Source: Candidatus Krumholzibacteriota bacterium
GTDB taxonomy: Bacteria > Krumholzibacteriota > Krumholzibacteriia > JAJRXK01
Direction of reading: 5' to 3'
DNA length: 64,000 nucleotides
NCBI GenBank assembly: GCA_963727455.1
Contig: CAVSGG010000010.1
Span: 1 to 64,000, forward strand
The notes below the pieces were generated by a model, which saw only the letters and a program-made list of their open reading frames with translations, made no database searches and was not told where the DNA came from. Below are positions 52,704 through 61,966 of this stretch, piece after piece. How positions within the stretch are numbered: the stretch's first letter is position 1; each line of letters opens with the position of its first letter. The position numbers and the translations under genes are program-made.

Positions 52704-54902
52704 TCAATCTCGATCGGTCTCGCTCAACTGCAGAGGCTTGCCGTCGAAATCTCCCGGCAGAGGAATTCCCAGATAGCGTAGAACGGTGGGGCCGATATCC
52801 TGGATGGAACGCGGCCGATCGGGGAGTTTGCGGCTGCAGAAGAATATCCCGGCCGTGATGCGCGGGTCAAAACTGCAGTGGTCACCGCTCCAGTTGTCCA
52901 TGTTGTCCTCGATCACATCGGGTGGGATGCCTCCCAATGCCGTCTGCCAAGAGACCCGGTAGTTTTCGTTGAAGCACACCAGCAGGTCGGGCGCTTCCAG
53001 GAAGCGGGGCCCGTGGAACACGGAGTCGCGTCGCACCACGTCCAGGACTACGGGAGTGTCGGGAAACCTGGGATCCTTCAGTTGTTTCAACCCGTCGATG
53101 ATTCCCTGGCGCACATCGTCGTACTCGCTCGCGCTGACCGAACCCTGGGGCTCGCGGAGCTGGAGATTGACGTAGATGCTGCCCAGACCGATCGAATAGG
53201 CCTTGGTCTTGGGCCAGTCCACATTCTTGAAAAAACTTCCCTCCGGATCGAAGAGGTCATCCAACTTCTTGTGCTCGTCCGGAGTGTTCGTCTTTCCCCT
53301 CAGAGTCATGAATCCGTGCTTCACCAGCCAGGTGTTCAGGTTGACTCCGTAGCGGAAGGAGTGAAAGCCGTGATCGCTGACGATGATCAGTGTCGTATTG
53401 TCGTCGAGATAGCGATCCATCACCTCGCCCACGATCGCGTCCATCTTCTGGTAGATCTTGAGAATCTGCCCTCCGTAGAGCTTCGCGGCCACCGGATCGT
53501 AGTTGGGATGACCGGGATCGATGAAGCGATACATCATGTGCTGCATGCGATCCGTCGAGAGAAAGACCGCGGCGAAGAGGTCCCAGTCCTCCTTGGCGAG
53601 CTCTCCCATGACCACCCGTTTGCGATTCTCCAGCGTGAAATTGAGATCTTCCAGGAAAGTGGGAAAGTCGATGACGTTATCGCGCAGAGGATTCGTCGCG
53701 ATCGACCAACCCACCGTCTCGCGCAGGCCGTACTCCTTGGCCAGATCGCACGCCCAGTCGCGCGGATCGGAGATGTTGACGGTGGGGGGTAAGTGACAGG
53801 GCAGGAAGTTGAGAGGTTCCTGATACAGCTTCAGATCGGGCTTGAGCTCCAGTAGCTTGAAACGCGTACTCGCCATCATCTTCAGAAGCGGATTGGCCTG
53901 GAAACTGAGCATGACGAAGTCGCTCCACTCGCCCACGTGAAGCAAGATTTTCTGTCCGCAGACTTTCAGTTGCACCGCGTCGTCGCCTTCACGTGTGAGC
54001 TCCATGGGAACGCTGGCGTCTCCCTTGGTGGGGACGAGCGTCGGACCCAGGATAGCGGCGCTCGCATGGTCGTCGTTCCAGTGCACGGTGGTGAGCACGC
54101 CACCGGTCTCCGTCGCTTTGGTCTGGAAGGTCTGGGTGGAATAGAGTCCGAAGAGCCCCCAGGTGGCGCGGGCGTCGGGTGTCCCCAAACCGGTGGTGAG
54201 GTGCACTCCATCGACTTGCTTGGCGGGGAAGGTCATGGGGATGTCGATGAGCTTGCAGCGCAATCCACCCGCCGCCGCGTATTCCCAGAAGGGGGTGCCG
54301 CTGCGACGATTCTCCGGGCGCGGAAGCTCGTAGGGCAGCCAGCGGAAGAATGCCAGATAGCCTGCGCCCCAGGCGGGCAGAGCGAGAAGCAGGCCCAAGA
54401 CGAGCGCGAAGCGCGGCCGGGCACGGAAAATTCGTGCCACTCCAAACACGAAGAAGAGCGCGATGATTCCCAGCGCGAAGGCCAAGACCCCGCGGCGGAG
54501 CTTGGAGGGCATCAGTGGCTCGGTGGTCCGTTTGGCCAGCGCGATGTCGGGAGTGTAGGTGTAGGGAATGCGGTAGAGAAAATCAAAGATGCCGTGGTAC
54601 CCCGGATTCTGCCCGGTCACGAAAGAGGCCCAGCTCACCGGTGACTGGGCGGGGTAGGTCGTCGCCAGGTCGGAGAAGGTCCCTTCCTGCGCGAGCTTGC
54701 GGAGATGAGGAAGGTCGTTCTTTTGGAAATACTCTCGGCATCGGTCAGGATCGACCCCGTCGAAGCCCAGCACGATGACGCGCGGATGCGGCGGCTTTTC
54801 CTGCGCGTGAACGCTCACTGCGCGAGCACAGAGAAGCGCGGCGAGAAGGAAGAGGAGAAGAGACGGGGGGGAGAACTTCAAGGCCCAGCCGGTTCCACGC
54901 AT
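52704..54902 (-). CDS. Alkaline phosphatase superfamily / type I phosphodiesterase-nucleotide pyrophosphatase
   Basis: VLGFDGVD, PAQSPVSWASFVTGQNPGYHGIFDF, TDRMQH, VSDHGF, SGDH. Confidence 0.85.
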   Translation of the reverse strand: MRGTGWALKFSPPSLLLFLLAALLCARAVSVHAQEKPPHPRVIVLGFDGVDPDRCREYFQKNDLPHLRKLAQEGTFSDLATTYPAQSPVSWASFVTGQNPGYHGIFDFLYRIPYTYTPDIALAKRTTEPLMPSKLRRGVLAFALGIIALFFVFGVARIFRARPRFALVLGLLLALPAWGAGYLAFFRWLPYELPRPENRRSGTPFWEYAAAGGLRCKLIDIPMTFPAKQVDGVHLTTGLGTPDARATWGLFGLYSTQTFQTKATETGGVLTTVHWNDDHASAAILGPTLVPTKGDASVPMELTREGDDAVQLKVCGQKILLHVGEWSDFVMLSFQANPLLKMMASTRFKLLELKPDLKLYQEPLNFLPCHLPPTVNISDPRDWACDLAKEYGLRETVGWSIATNPLRDNVIDFPTFLEDLNFTLENRKRVVMGELAKEDWDLFAAVFLSTDRMQHMMYRFIDPGHPNYDPVAAKLYGGQILKIYQKMDAIVGEVMDRYLDDNTTLIIVSDHGFHSFRYGVNLNTWLVKHGFMTLRGKTNTPDEHKKLDDLFDPEGSFFKNVDWPKTKAYSIGLGSIYVNLQLREPQGSVSASEYDDVRQGIIDGLKQLKDPRFPDTPVVLDVVRRDSVFHGPRFLEAPDLLVCFNENYRVSWQTALGGIPPDVIEDNMDNWSGDHCSFDPRITAGIFFCSRKLPDRPRSIQDIGPTVLRYLGIPLPGDFDGKPLQLSETDRD

Positions 54903-54954
54903 TGCGCTTCCTCTCGAGCAGACGATTCACGAGGCGCTCTTTCGGCGCGGGCAT

Positions 54955-55980
54955 TCATTCCGCGCGAGCTGAGGCCCTGTAGTCCGCTTCGATTTTCATG
55001 ACATCCTCTTTGCAGCCCAAGAAGAGTGGCACGCGCTGGTGCAGGCTCTCGGGTTGCAGCTCCAAAATCGGCCCTTCTCCATTGCTTGCGTAGCCGCCGG
55101 CCTCCTGAGCCACGTAGGCCAGAGGATTTGCCTCGTACATGAGACGCAGCTTGGGACGCGGAGCTCCACCCTTCGGGTCGCTCAAAGCGGGATAGAGGAA
55201 GATCCCGCCGCGGAGAAGATTGCGATGGAAATCGGAAACCAGACTCCCGATGTAACGCGCGGTGAGCGCGGGAGCTCTGGAATTCGCCCGCTTGTACCCT
55301 TCCACCGTCTTGCGAATTGTGGGGTCCCAACGGGCGGCGTGACCCTCGTTGGTGCTGTAGGTCGTCGCGCGCTGGGGAGTCTTTATGTTCTCGTGCGAGA
55401 GAAGAAACTCTCCGACGGTCGGATCGAGGGTGAAGCCATGCACCCCGTGTCCAGCGGTATACACGAACATGGTGCTGCTTCCGTAGATTACGTAGCCGGC
55501 GGCATACTGCTTGATCCCGGGCTGGAGCAGATCTTCCGAGCGGACCGGCCCTTTGGGACTCACCCTGCGGAGGACGGAGAAAATGGTTCCGATGGAGACG
55601 TTGACGTCGATGTTGCTCGAGCCGTCCAAAGGATCGAAGAGGAGCACGTAGTCGCCGGTGAGGCGCTCGTTCTCCACCGGGATGGGATCTTCTTTCTCCT
55701 CGCTGGCCATCAGACAGACGCGCCCGCCACGGCCCACGATCCTGGCCATCACTTCGTGAGCGTAGATGTCGAGCTTTTGGACCTTCTCGCCCTGGACGTT
55801 GCGCTCTCCCGTGCCGCCGAGGATGTCGATGAGACCGGCGCGGTTGACGTGGTGGGAGATGATCTTGCTGGCGAAGGCAATGTCTCGCAGCAGACCGGAA
55901 AATTCTCCGCGGGCATGAGGATGCTGTGCCTGCACATCTTGAATGTGTCGTTCGATGGTGATGATGTTGGATTCCGCCAC
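54955..55980 (-). CDS. fbp: Fructose-1,6-bisphosphatase class 1
   Basis: NVQGEKVQKLD, SEE, FDPLDGSSNIDVN, RYIGSLVSDFHR, KLRLMYEANP. Confidence 0.95.
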   Translation of the reverse strand: MAESNIITIERHIQDVQAQHPHARGEFSGLLRDIAFASKIISHHVNRAGLIDILGGTGERNVQGEKVQKLDIYAHEVMARIVGRGGRVCLMASEEKEDPIPVENERLTGDYVLLFDPLDGSSNIDVNVSIGTIFSVLRRVSPKGPVRSEDLLQPGIKQYAAGYVIYGSSTMFVYTAGHGVHGFTLDPTVGEFLLSHENIKTPQRATTYSTNEGHAARWDPTIRKTVEGYKRANSRAPALTARYIGSLVSDFHRNLLRGGIFLYPALSDPKGGAPRPKLRLMYEANPLAYVAQEAGGYASNGEGPILELQPESLHQRVPLFLGCKEDVMKIEADYRASARAE

Positions 55981-56137
55981 TCTGCCACCTTGCGATCAGG
56001 ATCTCATGGGGCCGGATTCGGCAAGTCCAGAAGATAACAGAGAGAGCCGAGCTTGTCGCTTGCCCGATCTCTTCCAAGAGAGGGAGGCCCCGGGCCCGAA
56101 TGCTGCCGGGCTAAAAGCGGGGAATTGCCCTTCAGCG

Positions 56138-57256
56138 TCAGTGGGTGGGGCGATAGCGCAGTGAGAGCGTCGACTCTCCGGCGGGCAGGCAGACGAGGCG
56201 CCACTCGCGACCGCCCGCCTCCACGCGCCGGCTCTCGGCCCGCGGGAAGGAGCTGGACCAATCGCTCAGGGTCCGGCCGCGCCAGCGACGGGGAAGGGCG
56301 ATGGCGGCGCGGAACTCGTCGCCCGAAACGGCCAGCTTCAGCTCGAGGGTCTGCGGGGCGTGCCAGACGGGAACGAAGTGGATCTTGCGCTTGAAGGCCT
56401 GCCAGGCCGGCTCCGAGAAGGAACCGAGGCTGCTGTCGCACGGTTGTGGAGATAGGCGGGGAAAGGGCAGGGGGAAGATGTCGGGGGACAAGAGGGCATT
56501 GACGATCGCAGTGCGCCACTGGGCTTTGCGTTCGTCGCTGAGGGAGGAGTTTTTCTGCACCTCGCGCAAGAGCTGCGGAAGACACAGAGCTTGACTCAAA
56601 AAGCCGCCCTGGCCACGTGCCGTCCACCAGATGGAGGACATCCCGAAGGGATTTCCCACCGACCGTAGCCCGTAGCTGACAGGACGAAGTCCCGACTGGA
56701 CGAAGTGGAGGGAGATGGGTGGAAGCGAAGCGGGGATCGCTTTGCCGGCGGGGGGCACCAGCCCTGTGCCGGAGGAACTCGAGGCACCCGTCCGCCAGCC
56801 GAGTTGCGCCGGCCAGCTCAGCTGCTCGTGCTCCTTGCGGAAGAGGATCCGCAATCCGGCCAGCTTCGTCCACGGCCCCTCCGGCGCGTCCAGAAATGCA
56901 ATCCCTCCTTGCCGCACGAAGACCTCGACTTTGCCGGTGCTGGAGGTGTCGAGCTCGGCCAGGGCGGCGTGGGTGAAGACGATCATGACTCGTCCGGCCA
57001 GAGAGCTGTCCGCGAGAGAGCGGGAGAAGCGCGCAGCGCCGGTCACATCGCAACCGCCGAAAGTAGAATCGATCAACTCGTTCCAGAGCTGGTCGTTCTC
57101 TTGCGCCTGAGCACCGCCTTTGTCCGCGTGGACCAGGAGGATCGGATGGCCGCTGTCGCGCGACGAGATCTGCCTCTGGCGGCCGCAGGAATTCAAGGCG
57201 CCGCTCAGAGACAGGACGAGGAGGAGGGAAAAGAGCGTAGGGAGAGTACGGCGCAT
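56138..57256 (-). CDS. Hypothetical lipoprotein
   Basis: MRRTLPTLFSLLLVLSLSGALNSC lipobox; no recognised domain. Confidence 0.55.
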   Translation of the reverse strand: MRRTLPTLFSLLLVLSLSGALNSCGRQRQISSRDSGHPILLVHADKGGAQAQENDQLWNELIDSTFGGCDVTGAARFSRSLADSSLAGRVMIVFTHAALAELDTSSTGKVEVFVRQGGIAFLDAPEGPWTKLAGLRILFRKEHEQLSWPAQLGWRTGASSSSGTGLVPPAGKAIPASLPPISLHFVQSGLRPVSYGLRSVGNPFGMSSIWWTARGQGGFLSQALCLPQLLREVQKNSSLSDERKAQWRTAIVNALLSPDIFPLPFPRLSPQPCDSSLGSFSEPAWQAFKRKIHFVPVWHAPQTLELKLAVSGDEFRAAIALPRRWRGRTLSDWSSSFPRAESRRVEAGGREWRLVCLPAGESTLSLRYRPTH

Positions 57257-57371
57257 GATCACTGGACGGCGAGTTGGAGGCTCGAAGCGAAACCGAGGAG
57301 AAGTTGTTTTCGCATGATATGGACGCGGGCGAAACTTGTCGACTCGGCTCCCGGCGGCTAGGCTTTGCTGC

Positions 57372-57725
57372 ATGAAGCTCATACGGACATGGCGCATCTT
57401 CCTCATCATGACCCTCGCGATCACGCCGTGTCTTGCCGCCTGCGGACACCGGGCGCGCCAGGGGGAAACGGCGCCCTTGCAAGAGCTCCACTGGCCCAAG
57501 GTGGAAGGGGCAAGGAGCTACGAGGTGCGCGCCTGGTCGGGCTACCGGCTTCTCTTCGCGGAGAGCAGCTCGGACACCCTGCTCGCACTCACCCCCAACA
57601 TGCAGAGGGTGCTGGTGGGCTGTGACTCGCTGTCTCTGGAGGTGAAGGCCCTGGACGCCACCAGCACTCCCCTTGTAGGAGGACATCGGCGCTATGAGCT
57701 CATGGCCTCGGGGAAGGGCCGCTAG
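57372..57725 (+). CDS. Small hypothetical lipoprotein (FN3-like beta fold possible)
   Basis: Lipobox LAAC; 'LHWPKVEGARSYEV' resembles FN3 strands. Confidence 0.55.
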   Translation: MKLIRTWRIFLIMTLAITPCLAACGHRARQGETAPLQELHWPKVEGARSYEVRAWSGYRLLFAESSSDTLLALTPNMQRVLVGCDSLSLEVKALDATSTPLVGGHRRYELMASGKGR

Positions 57726-57734
57726 CCGGGGGGA

Positions 57735-57821
57735 TGGTGCCGGAGGTGGGACTCGAACCCACACGAACAAGAGTCCACGGCATTTTGAGTGCCGCGCGTC
57801 TGCCAGTTCCGCCACTCCGGC
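57735..57821 (-). tRNA. tRNA-Leu(CAA)
   Basis: GCCGGAGTGGCGGAACTGGCAGACGCG CGGCA CTCAAAA TGCCG, long variable arm, GTGGGTTCGAGTCCCAC CTCCGGC A CCA. Confidence 0.95.
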
Positions 57822-57840
57822 ACGAAGCGGTGCGCCCGGC

Positions 57841-57869
57841 AGCGTAGGTAGGCGGGGGGCTTCTGTCAA
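57841..57869 (-). promoter_or_regulatory. Sigma70-type promoter for tRNA-Leu
   Basis: TTGACA-17 nt-TACGCT on the minus strand. Confidence 0.65.
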
Positions 57870-57895
57870 CTCTGGGGCGATTGGAGCCTGAACTC

Positions 57896-57923
57896 TTGAC
57901 AGAAATCGCCTACACTCTAGATT
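57896..57923 (+). promoter_or_regulatory. Sigma70-type promoter for tRNA-Ala
   Basis: TTGACA-16 nt-TAGATT, 15 nt before the tRNA. Confidence 0.65.
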
Positions 57924-57938
57924 CACGGCTCAGGTTTT

Positions 57939-58014
57939 GGGGCCATAGCTCAGCTGGGAGAGCGCATGACTGGCAGTCATGAGGTCAGGGGTTCGATCCC
58001 CCTTGGCTCCACCA
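57939..58014 (+). tRNA. tRNA-Ala(GGC)
   Basis: GGGGCCATAGCTCAGCTGGGAGAGCG CATGA CTGGCAG TCATG AGGTC AGGGGTTCGATCCCCCT TGGCTCC A CCA; G3:U70 present. Confidence 0.96.
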
Positions 58015-58036
58015 AATCACTGGACTGAATGGGGAG

Positions 58037-58070
58037 AGGGCGGTCTCGGGTGAGGTCGCCCTTCACTTCT
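58037..58070 (+). terminator. Possible terminator/processing hairpin after tRNA-Ala
   Basis: AGGGCGGTCTC-GGGT-GAGGTCGCCCT (with G:U pairs) followed by TCACTTCT; weak U tract. Confidence 0.4.
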
Positions 58071-58103
58071 GTCCGCAGGCCCGATTCCGAACTAGGGGAG
58101 CAC

Positions 58104-59462
58104 ATGGCCAAACCGCCGATTCTTCTCCTTTTGGAAGATGGACACGAACGGGGCCTGACTCCGCTGTCCTTGACGCGCCCCAGCTTCGAGCTGCGCAGCG
58201 GCGCTCTGAATCTGCGCGAGCGCGCGGAGCTGGTGGCGCCCGGAAGAGTGCGGGCGCGGGTGAGAGGCGAGCTACAGGCACTGCTCCAACGGACGCTTCC
58301 CGATCTGTGTGAAAGCATCGGGCGCAAAGAGCGAGTGTTGGTGGTGAACGCTCGCCTGCGGATCTCGGTGGAGGAGTTGGCCGCGCTCTGCTTGGCTGAC
58401 GACGGGCGCGACTGTGTCCTGAACGCGCGCGCGCAGGATGACGCGACGAGCGCGCCGGAAGAAGATTGGCTGGCGGCCTGGATCTCCGGTGCGGCGGCGT
58501 CCGCGTGCAAGGGTGGAGTGCAGCCCGAGTTCGAGGGCGCGATGCGCAAAGCCGGCGCACATTCCCTCTTCTCTCATCCCTGGGATTACCTTGCGGCCAA
58601 CCAAGAAGATCTCAAGCGTGATTTCGCCAGCATCGCGCGTCAGGGAGGCGTACCGCGCCGCATCTTCGGCATCTCCTTCGAAGAATCCGCTCCGGCGCGA
58701 GTCTCGCTTGGTGAGAGCGCCTTCGGGGACGGCTCGGAGGCCATTCTTTATCCGGGCGTTCACATCCTCAACGACACAGAGGTGCTCTTCGGCGCGGGCG
58801 CGTTGATCAAACCGGGGGTGGTTCTCGACGCGGAGCGCGGACCGATTCTGATCGGCGCCGGCGCGGTCCTTCACTCCAACGTGACGGTCCAGGGGCCGGC
58901 CTACCTCGGCCCGGGATGCTTGGTGCATCCGATGACCCGAGTGCGCGAAGGGGCTTCGATCGGCGCGCTGTGCAAGTTGGGGGGAGAGGTCGAAGAGTCG
59001 GTCATGCTCGACTTGAGCAACAAGCAGCACGACGGATTCTTGGGCCACGCCTACCTGGGCAGTTGGGTGAACCTGGGCGCGGATACCAACGCCAGCGATT
59101 TGAAAAACAACTATTCGACGGTGCGCGTGAATCTGGGCGAAGGAGAAATCGAAACCCATCAGCGCTTCGTGGGTCCCATCCTCGGCGACCACGTTCGTTG
59201 CGCGATCAACACCATGTTCAACACCGGCAGCGTGGTGGGCGTCTGCTCCAACGTCTTCGGCGCCGGCTTTCCGCCGCGCTTCCTCCCGAATTTCAGCTGG
59301 GGAGGGAGCGATGGGCTCCGCCGCTACGAGCTCGAGAAGGCCCTCGCCACTGCGCGGATCGTTCTCGCCAGACGGCAGGTGGAGTGGCTCTCGGAGTACG
59401 AGGAATTGCTGCGCAGACTGCACGCCGTGGGCGAAATGGCGCACGGAAGGCCGGGCAGGTGA
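58104..59462 (+). CDS. GlmU-like sugar nucleotidyl/acyltransferase (Bacteroidetes/Chlorobi type)
   Basis: PLSLTRPSFELRSG N-terminus; LbH repeats; GGEVEES, NKQHDGFLGHAYLGSWVNLGADTNASDLKNNY. Confidence 0.88.
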   Translation: MAKPPILLLLEDGHERGLTPLSLTRPSFELRSGALNLRERAELVAPGRVRARVRGELQALLQRTLPDLCESIGRKERVLVVNARLRISVEELAALCLADDGRDCVLNARAQDDATSAPEEDWLAAWISGAAASACKGGVQPEFEGAMRKAGAHSLFSHPWDYLAANQEDLKRDFASIARQGGVPRRIFGISFEESAPARVSLGESAFGDGSEAILYPGVHILNDTEVLFGAGALIKPGVVLDAERGPILIGAGAVLHSNVTVQGPAYLGPGCLVHPMTRVREGASIGALCKLGGEVEESVMLDLSNKQHDGFLGHAYLGSWVNLGADTNASDLKNNYSTVRVNLGEGEIETHQRFVGPILGDHVRCAINTMFNTGSVVGVCSNVFGAGFPPRFLPNFSWGGSDGLRRYELEKALATARIVLARRQVEWLSEYEELLRRLHAVGEMAHGRPGR

Positions 59463-59740
59463 GTGGGGCGGGTCCCGAGCCAGCATCTCAAGTTCCTGTC
59501 ATAATTGAAGATACAGTTGGCCTTTGAGGTCGAGGCGGAGCGGCACGCGTCTTGATGCGAGAAAGAGACGCGCTGCCTGCTACGCATGGGATTGTCGGGC
59601 TGCTCATACCCTTCGCTGGTTTGTATTCGCCAGTACCGGCACGCGGCAGACGTGGGCGGCGCATAAACTACCTCCGTTGATGAGCGAAGAGAGCGCTGTT
59701 TCCAGCCGGAAGCAGCGCCTCTTCACGCCGCTCCCCTTCA

Positions 59741-59769
59741 TTGACACCGATTGAGCCCCCTGCTAGGTT
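59741..59769 (+). promoter_or_regulatory. Sigma70-type promoter of BMC operon
   Basis: TTGACA-17 nt-TAGGTT with TG extended -10. Confidence 0.6.
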
Positions 59770-59841
59770 TCGCTTCCGGGTCGGGGACTAGGTGTAGACT
59801 GCGGACCCAACAGTTCTCTAGAGCAAGGAGCACGAGCTGCC

Positions 59842-60132
59842 ATGAAGGAAGCGCTGGGCATGATCGAAACCCGTGGCTTCGCCGCCATGGTTGAGGCAGC
59901 GGACGCCATGGTGAAGGCTGCCAACGTCAGCTTGGTGGGATACGAGAAAATCGGGGGCGCATACTGCACCGCCATCGTTCGAGGAGACGTGGCAGCCGTG
60001 AAGGCGGCCACCGACGCGGGCGGAGCCGCTGCTTCCAAGATCGGTGAGCTCATCTGCGTCCACGTGATCCCCAGGCCCCACTTGAATGTGCAAGACACCT
60101 TGCCCATCGGTGGCGTGGCTGACGGCAAGTAA
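59842..60132 (+). CDS. BMC-H hexameric shell protein (EutM/PduA-like)
   Basis: [38 protein letters not shown]. Confidence 0.95.
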   Translation: MKEALGMIETRGFAAMVEAADAMVKAANVSLVGYEKIGGAYCTAIVRGDVAAVKAATDAGGAAASKIGELICVHVIPRPHLNVQDTLPIGGVADGK

Positions 60133-60135
60133 GCC

Positions 60136-60423
60136 ATGCAACTCGCCGAGGTCATCGGCACCGTAGTGGCCACTCGCAAGGAGCAGAGCTTGCGAGGGGT
60201 GAAGCTGCTCGTGCTCAAGACGGTCGACGTGAACCGGGAGCCGGTGGGAAGCTATGTGGTGGCGGTGGACGCGGTCGGAGCGGGCGTGGGTGAAATTGTC
60301 ATCTACGCTTCCGGCTCCTCGTCCCGGATGACCGAACTCACGAAGGAACGCCCGGTGGACGCAATCGTGATGGGGATCGTGGATTCCCTGGAGATCGCGG
60401 GGAAGTCCGTCTACCAGAAGTAG
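60136..60423 (+). CDS. BMC-P pentameric vertex protein (EutN/CcmL) 1
   Basis: MQLAEVIGTVVATRK, VAVDAVGAGVGE, PVDAIVMGIVD. Confidence 0.93.
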   Translation: MQLAEVIGTVVATRKEQSLRGVKLLVLKTVDVNREPVGSYVVAVDAVGAGVGEIVIYASGSSSRMTELTKERPVDAIVMGIVDSLEIAGKSVYQK

Positions 60424-60440
60424 ATTTGCGCGGAGACTGA

Positions 60441-61958
60441 ATGTCGCTCAATGACAATCGCCTGGCCGAGCTGGTGCGCGCGGCGCAACGCCGCGCCGCG
60501 GGGCAAAGGAATGAGTCCGCTCTGAGCGCTGCGGCGAACGCAGACGGTGCCACCCCCGCCACCACTTCACCGCTTCGCTCTGCGAGCTTGGGGCAGGGGA
60601 TTCCCGGTGGAGGCGCTTCGGTGAACGCGGCGATGCACGGGGTCTTCACCACCCTGGACGACGCGGCGCGGGCCGCGAAGGCGGCCTTCCAGCAGTACCG
60701 CGAGTTTCCCCTGCGCCGCCGGGCGGAGATGATCGATCACATCCGCTCCCGGCTGCTGGAGCGAGTCCCGCTTCTCTCGGAGCTGGCGGTCGCCGAGACC
60801 GGGTTGGGGCGGCCCGAGGACAAGCAGATCAAGAACAGCTTGGTCATCCGCAAGACGCCCGGACCGGAAATTCTGCGCCCGGAAAGCGTGAGCGGCGACG
60901 ACGGTCTGATGCTCACCGAGTGGGCGCCCTACGGAGTGATCGGATCGATCACCCCGGTGACCAATCCCAGCGAAACCATCATCAACAACGGCATCGCCAT
61001 GCTCGCAGCCGGGAACACCGTGGTCTTCAATCCGCATCCCTCCGCCAAGAACGTATCCCGCCTCGCCATGTCAATCATGAACGAGGCGGCCCTGGAAGTG
61101 GGGGCGCCCAAGAATCTGCTCTGTTGCGTCAAGGACCCCACGCTCGAAACCGCACAGGCACTGATGCACCACAAGGCGGTGCGCCTGCTCGTGGTCACCG
61201 GCGGTCCTGGAGTGGTACGCGCTGCCCTGGACTCGGGAAAGAAGTGCATCACGGGGGGGCCGGGGAATCCGCCGGCGGTGGTCGACGAAACCGCGGACAT
61301 TGCCAAGGCGGCTCGCGACATCACGCTGGGCGGAGGTCTGGACAACGGGATCATCTGTACCTGTGAAAAAGAAATCATCGTGGTGAAGTCGGTAAAGGAC
61401 GCGCTCCTTCAGGAGCTGCAGCGCTGTGGGAACCGGATCCTCAACAGCGACGAAATTGCGCGCGTGGAAAAGGTGATCTTCGAGGAAACGAGAGGTCCCA
61501 GAAAAAAGGCCGTCATCAACCGTGAGTGGGTGGGGAAGACAGCGCGCACGATCTTGGCCAAGATCGGAGTCGAGGTTCCCCAGAGCTGCCGCCTCGCCAT
61601 CCTCCCCGTCCCCGTGGAACATCCTCTCTTGTGGACCGAACAGCTCATGCCGATGATGCCGCTGTGCGAGGTCGATGACGCGGAAGAGGCGATGCGTCTG
61701 GCAGTGGAGATGGAAGCTGGAAACGGCCACACCTTCGTGATGCACAGTCGGCGCGTGGATCGCCTGGGCAAGATGGCGCGCATGTGCAACGCTTCCATCT
61801 TCGTGAAGAACGGACCCAACTTCGCCGGTCTCGGGGAGGGGGGAGAAGGATTCACCTCCTTCACCATCGCCACTCCCACCGGCGAAGGACTCACCGATCC
61901 GCGTTCTTTCTCCCGACTTCGGCGTTGCACCCTCGTGGGTGAATTCAGAATCGTCTAG
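60441..61958 (+). CDS. Acylating aldehyde dehydrogenase (EutE/PduP family) with N-terminal encapsulation-peptide-like extension
   Basis: PYGVIGSITPVTNPSET, VTGGPGVV, GPGNPP, DNGIICTCEKE (catalytic Cys), FTIATPTGEG; N-terminal LAELVRAAQRR helix followed by an Ala/Pro linker. Confidence 0.92.
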   Translation: MSLNDNRLAELVRAAQRRAAGQRNESALSAAANADGATPATTSPLRSASLGQGIPGGGASVNAAMHGVFTTLDDAARAAKAAFQQYREFPLRRRAEMIDHIRSRLLERVPLLSELAVAETGLGRPEDKQIKNSLVIRKTPGPEILRPESVSGDDGLMLTEWAPYGVIGSITPVTNPSETIINNGIAMLAAGNTVVFNPHPSAKNVSRLAMSIMNEAALEVGAPKNLLCCVKDPTLETAQALMHHKAVRLLVVTGGPGVVRAALDSGKKCITGGPGNPPAVVDETADIAKAARDITLGGGLDNGIICTCEKEIIVVKSVKDALLQELQRCGNRILNSDEIARVEKVIFEETRGPRKKAVINREWVGKTARTILAKIGVEVPQSCRLAILPVPVEHPLLWTEQLMPMMPLCEVDDAEEAMRLAVEMEAGNGHTFVMHSRRVDRLGKMARMCNASIFVKNGPNFAGLGEGGEGFTSFTIATPTGEGLTDPRSFSRLRRCTLVGEFRIV

Positions 61959-61966
61959 GGGGAGAA

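Noticed and set aside
56138-57735. Two hypothetical lipoprotein genes at the tRNA-Leu 3' end as an integrated island
   Set aside because: No integrase, no duplicated tRNA 3' end found, and composition is similar to the host
59524-59754. 76-aa plus-strand ORF upstream of the BMC operon
   Set aside because: No convincing SD or motif, and it overlaps the BMC -35 box
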